NCBI GenBank assembly: GCA_963812745.1
Contig: CAWEWE010000004.1
Location: forward strand, 332,734-396,733
DNA length: 64,000 nucleotides
Direction of reading: 5' to 3'
Origin: an uncultured Chloroflexia bacterium
GTDB lineage: Bacteria > Chloroflexota > Limnocylindria > Limnocylindrales > CSP1-4
The position numbers were made by a program, and so were the translations under genes. The notes beneath the pieces are model-generated. The model was not told the DNA's origin and made no database searches. It saw nothing but the letters and a program-made list of their open reading frames with translations. Below are positions 61,478 to 64,000 of the stretch, one piece after another (within the stretch, counting starts at the first letter, position 1; each line of letters opens with the position of its first letter).

Positions 61478-63157
61478 GTGATGGCGGAGGGACGGCCCGG
61501 GCGGATGGACTTGGCGATCGGCGCATTGCGCACCGCCCTCGCCGAACCTGCCATCCGCCGGCTGACCGTCGCGTGGTTCGCGGTGATGGCCGGCAAGTGG
61601 GCGCTCTTGGTGGCCACGCTCGTCATCGCCTACGACCTCGGCGGACCCTTCGCGGTGGGGATCCTCGGCGTCGTGCGTTACCTCACCCCGGCGATCATCG
61701 CGCCGCTGGCCGGGTTGCCCGCCTCGCGCTGGCCGCTGGAGTCGGTGCTGCGCGCCACCAACCTCGTCCGGACGATCGCGGCTGCCGGGGCGTTGGTCGT
61801 GGTCGCGACCGACGCGCCATTTGCCGCCCTGGCGGTGATGGTCGGCCTCGAGGCCGGCGCCGGGGCGTTCACGCGACCGATCCACATGGCGCTCCTGCCG
61901 GCCTGCGGGCGGACGCCCGAGCAGCTCATCGCCTCGAACGTGACGTCGAGTGCGGCAGAGGGTCTCGGGACGTTCGTCGGGCCGGCACTCAGCGGCCTCC
62001 TCCTGGTGGTCGCCGGTCCAGCCGCGGCGATCGCCGCGGTCGTAGCGCTCTATGCCCTGGGCCTGGTCGCCATCACCGGGCTCCACATCCCGGCCGTGGG
62101 ACGACGCGCCGATCCGCCGACCATCACGACGGTCCTGCGCGAGATCTCGGCGGGTGTCAGAGCTGCCGCCACGCTGCCCGGTCCCCGGCTGGTGATCATC
62201 GGCTTGGCCTTCCAGACGTTCGTGCGTGGGCTGCTGACGGTCCTCGTCGTGGTCGCCGCGATCGAACAGCTGGGTCTCGGTGAAGGCGGCGTGGGAACCT
62301 TGAACGCGGCGATGGGCCTCGGCGGTCTGGCCGGCGCGCTCGCCGCCATCGGCCTTGCGGGTAGGAGCCGGCTCGGTCCGGCGTTCACGGTCGCACTGGC
62401 CGGTTGGGGTGCGCCGATCGCCGTGATGGGACTCATCGTCGATCCGGTGGTCGCCCTGGTCTCGATGGCGGCTGTGGGGCTGAGCAACAGCATCCTGGAC
62501 GTATCGGGGTTCACGCTCGCCCAGCGGACCACCCCGAACGCGTCGCGGGTCGCCCTGCTCGGGCTCATCGATAGTGTCGCGAACGTCGGACCGGCACTCG
62601 GGGGCCTCGTCGCGCCGCTGCTGATCGCGTCGATCGGGACCCCGGCCGCGCTCGTCGTGACGGGCGCGATCCTTCCGGTCGTGGCCCTCATCGGCTGGCC
62701 GGCGATGCGGCGGCTCGACGAGGGCGGGCCGGTCGCGGCACGTCGCGTGGCGCTCGTCCATGACCAGCCGCTGTTCGCGCCACTGTCGCTGGCGTCGGTC
62801 GAACACCTTGCCGGGTCGCTGACACCGGTCCGGTTCGAGGATGGCGAGTGGCTCATCCGCGAGGGCGAAGCCGGCGACCGCTACGTCCTCATCGACGAGG
62901 GTATGGTCGAGGTCGTCCAGGGTGGTCGGCACCTCCACGAACTTGGGCCGGGGACGGGCATCGGTGAGATCGCGCTCCTGCAGGCCATCCCACGGACCGC
63001 CTCGGTCATCGCCCGGGGACCGGTCAGCGCGTATGGCCTCGACCGGTCGTCATTCCTCGAAGCCGTCCTGGGGCACGCCGCCAGCCACGCCGCCGCGTCA
63101 GCGGTGTCGGATGACCACCTCGAGGCGGATGCCACCAGGGCGGCCGCCCGCTCCTGA
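61478..63157 (+). CDS. MFS transporter with C-terminal cyclic-nucleotide-binding domain
   Basis: About 12 TM segments, followed by a cNMP domain (FEDGEWLIREGEAGDRYVLIDEGMVEV...GPGTGIGEIALLQAIPRTASV). It is divergent from the small cNMP-binding gene. Confidence 0.75.
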   Translation: MMAEGRPGRMDLAIGALRTALAEPAIRRLTVAWFAVMAGKWALLVATLVIAYDLGGPFAVGILGVVRYLTPAIIAPLAGLPASRWPLESVLRATNLVRTIAAAGALVVVATDAPFAALAVMVGLEAGAGAFTRPIHMALLPACGRTPEQLIASNVTSSAAEGLGTFVGPALSGLLLVVAGPAAAIAAVVALYALGLVAITGLHIPAVGRRADPPTITTVLREISAGVRAAATLPGPRLVIIGLAFQTFVRGLLTVLVVVAAIEQLGLGEGGVGTLNAAMGLGGLAGALAAIGLAGRSRLGPAFTVALAGWGAPIAVMGLIVDPVVALVSMAAVGLSNSILDVSGFTLAQRTTPNASRVALLGLIDSVANVGPALGGLVAPLLIASIGTPAALVVTGAILPVVALIGWPAMRRLDEGGPVAARRVALVHDQPLFAPLSLASVEHLAGSLTPVRFEDGEWLIREGEAGDRYVLIDEGMVEVVQGGRHLHELGPGTGIGEIALLQAIPRTASVIARGPVSAYGLDRSSFLEAVLGHAASHAAASAVSDDHLEADATRAAARS

Positions 63158-63176
63158 CCGCGCCTACACTGCACGC

Positions 63177-64000
63177 CATGCCCGACGCCGTCACCACCGC
63201 ACCGTCGCATCCCTACGACCGCCCGACCGATCCGGCCAAACGCCATTCGACGGCCCTGACCGACGGCCCCGACCGGGCCGCTGCGCGGGCGATGCTCAAG
63301 GCGATCGGTTTCACCGACGAGGATCTCGCCAAACCGCTCGTCGGCGTGGCCACGACCTGGATCGAGACGATGCCGTGCAACTACAACCAGCGGCGCCTGG
63401 CCGAGCACGTCAAGGACGGCATCCGTGCGGCGGGTGGCACGCCGATGGAGTTCAACACGGTGTCCGTGAGCGACGGCGTCTCGATGGGCACCGAGGGCAT
63501 GAAGGCGTCGCTGGTCAGCCGCGAGGTCATCGCCGACTCGATCGAGCTCGTCGTCCGTGGCCACCTGTTCGACGGCGTGGTCTGCCTGGTGGGCTGCGAC
63601 AAGACGATCCCTGCCGCCGCGATGGCCCTCGGCCGGCTCGATGTCCCCGGGCTGATCCTCTACAACGGCACGATCTACCCGGGCGTCTACAAGGGCCGGC
63701 GGGACGCCACCGTGGTCACGGTGTTCGAGGCGATCGGCGCCTATCGGGCCGGGAAGATCAGCCTCGACGAGCTGTACGAGGTCGAGAACGTGGCCTGTCC
63801 CGGGGCGGGCGCGTGTGGCGGACAGTTCACCGCCAACACCATGGCGACGGTCATGGAATTCATGGGGCTCTCGCCCGCTGGGCTCAATGGCATCCCTGCC
63901 GAGGATCCGGCCAAGGACGCCGCCGCCCGGCAGAGCGGCGAGCTCGTCATGGACCTCGTCCGCCGCGACGTGCGGCCGTCGGTGTTCGTCACCCGCGAGG
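63177..64000 (+). CDS. ilvD: dihydroxy-acid dehydratase, 5' portion (truncated by window end)
   Basis: The N-terminal IlvD pattern is MLKAIGFTDEDLAKPLVGVA..WIE..PCN..RLAEHVKDGIRAAGGTPMEFNT..VSDG..MGTEGM..SL.SREVIADS.ELVVRGH..DGVV...GCDK..P..AMA, plus ..CPGAGACGGQFTANTMA.. (Fe-S Cys ligands). It is absent from the ORF track because no stop lies inside the window. Confidence 0.9.

Overview
This 64 kb window is high-GC (about 70%) chromosomal DNA that looks like a core region of an Actinobacteria-type genome. Genes are tightly packed with many overlapping start and stop codons (ATGA/GTGA), and I found no mobile elements, tRNA or rRNA genes, or CRISPR arrays. Coordinates I derived by hand may be off by 1-2 nt.

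Reading left to right, the window contains:
- A fused ADP-forming acetyl-CoA synthetase and an acyl-CoA dehydrogenase.
- A roughly 6.2 kb gene for a giant membrane-anchored surface protein built from tandem ~321 bp and ~310 bp Cys-containing beta-sandwich repeats, broken by many frameshifts.
- An envelope cluster: an oligosaccharide flippase (MOP/Wzx family), an APH-family kinase and a large secreted M14 carboxypeptidase.
- ppk2 and an aldehyde dehydrogenase.
- A NarL-type two-component system placed divergently from two tandem CzcA/CusA-like RND pumps that flank a 144-aa lipoprotein resembling a minimal membrane-fusion-protein adaptor.
- An operon of a DUF853 (HerA-like) ATPase, a membrane-anchored phosphoesterase and a second APH-family kinase.
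- A DUF4332-like gene followed by mscL carrying a C-terminal zinc-ribbon tail.
- A c-di-GMP signalling island: GGDEF-EAL protein 1, pheA, GGDEF-EAL protein 2 (TM + GAF), a small membrane protein, and what I read as a c-di-GMP-I (GEMM) riboswitch driving tiny ORFs with a strong Shine-Dalgarno site. Upstream of GGDEF-EAL 1 are four regularly spaced GGAAC-N7-9-GTTCC inverted repeats.
- PadR and SnoaL-like genes, an XRE regulator, and a decayed carbohydrate cluster (GH130, an alpha/alpha-barrel-like hydrolase, a GT4 glycosyltransferase).
- A cold-shock gene, then the branched-chain amino-acid supercluster on the minus strand: ilvB-ilvN-ilvC-leuA-leuB-cimA plus a separate LeuA regulatory-domain ORF, preceded by a terminator-type attenuator.
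- A third GGDEF-EAL paralog, leuCD, a lipoprotein, a MarP-like CvpA-S1 protease, a cNMP-binding protein placed divergently from an MFS transporter with a cNMP domain, and the 5' part of ilvD.

At least 15 apparent frameshifts occur, including in leuA, ilvB, a cold-shock gene and the M14 peptidase. This points to indel errors in the assembly and/or real pseudogenisation of accessory loci. The two explanations cannot be separated from sequence alone.
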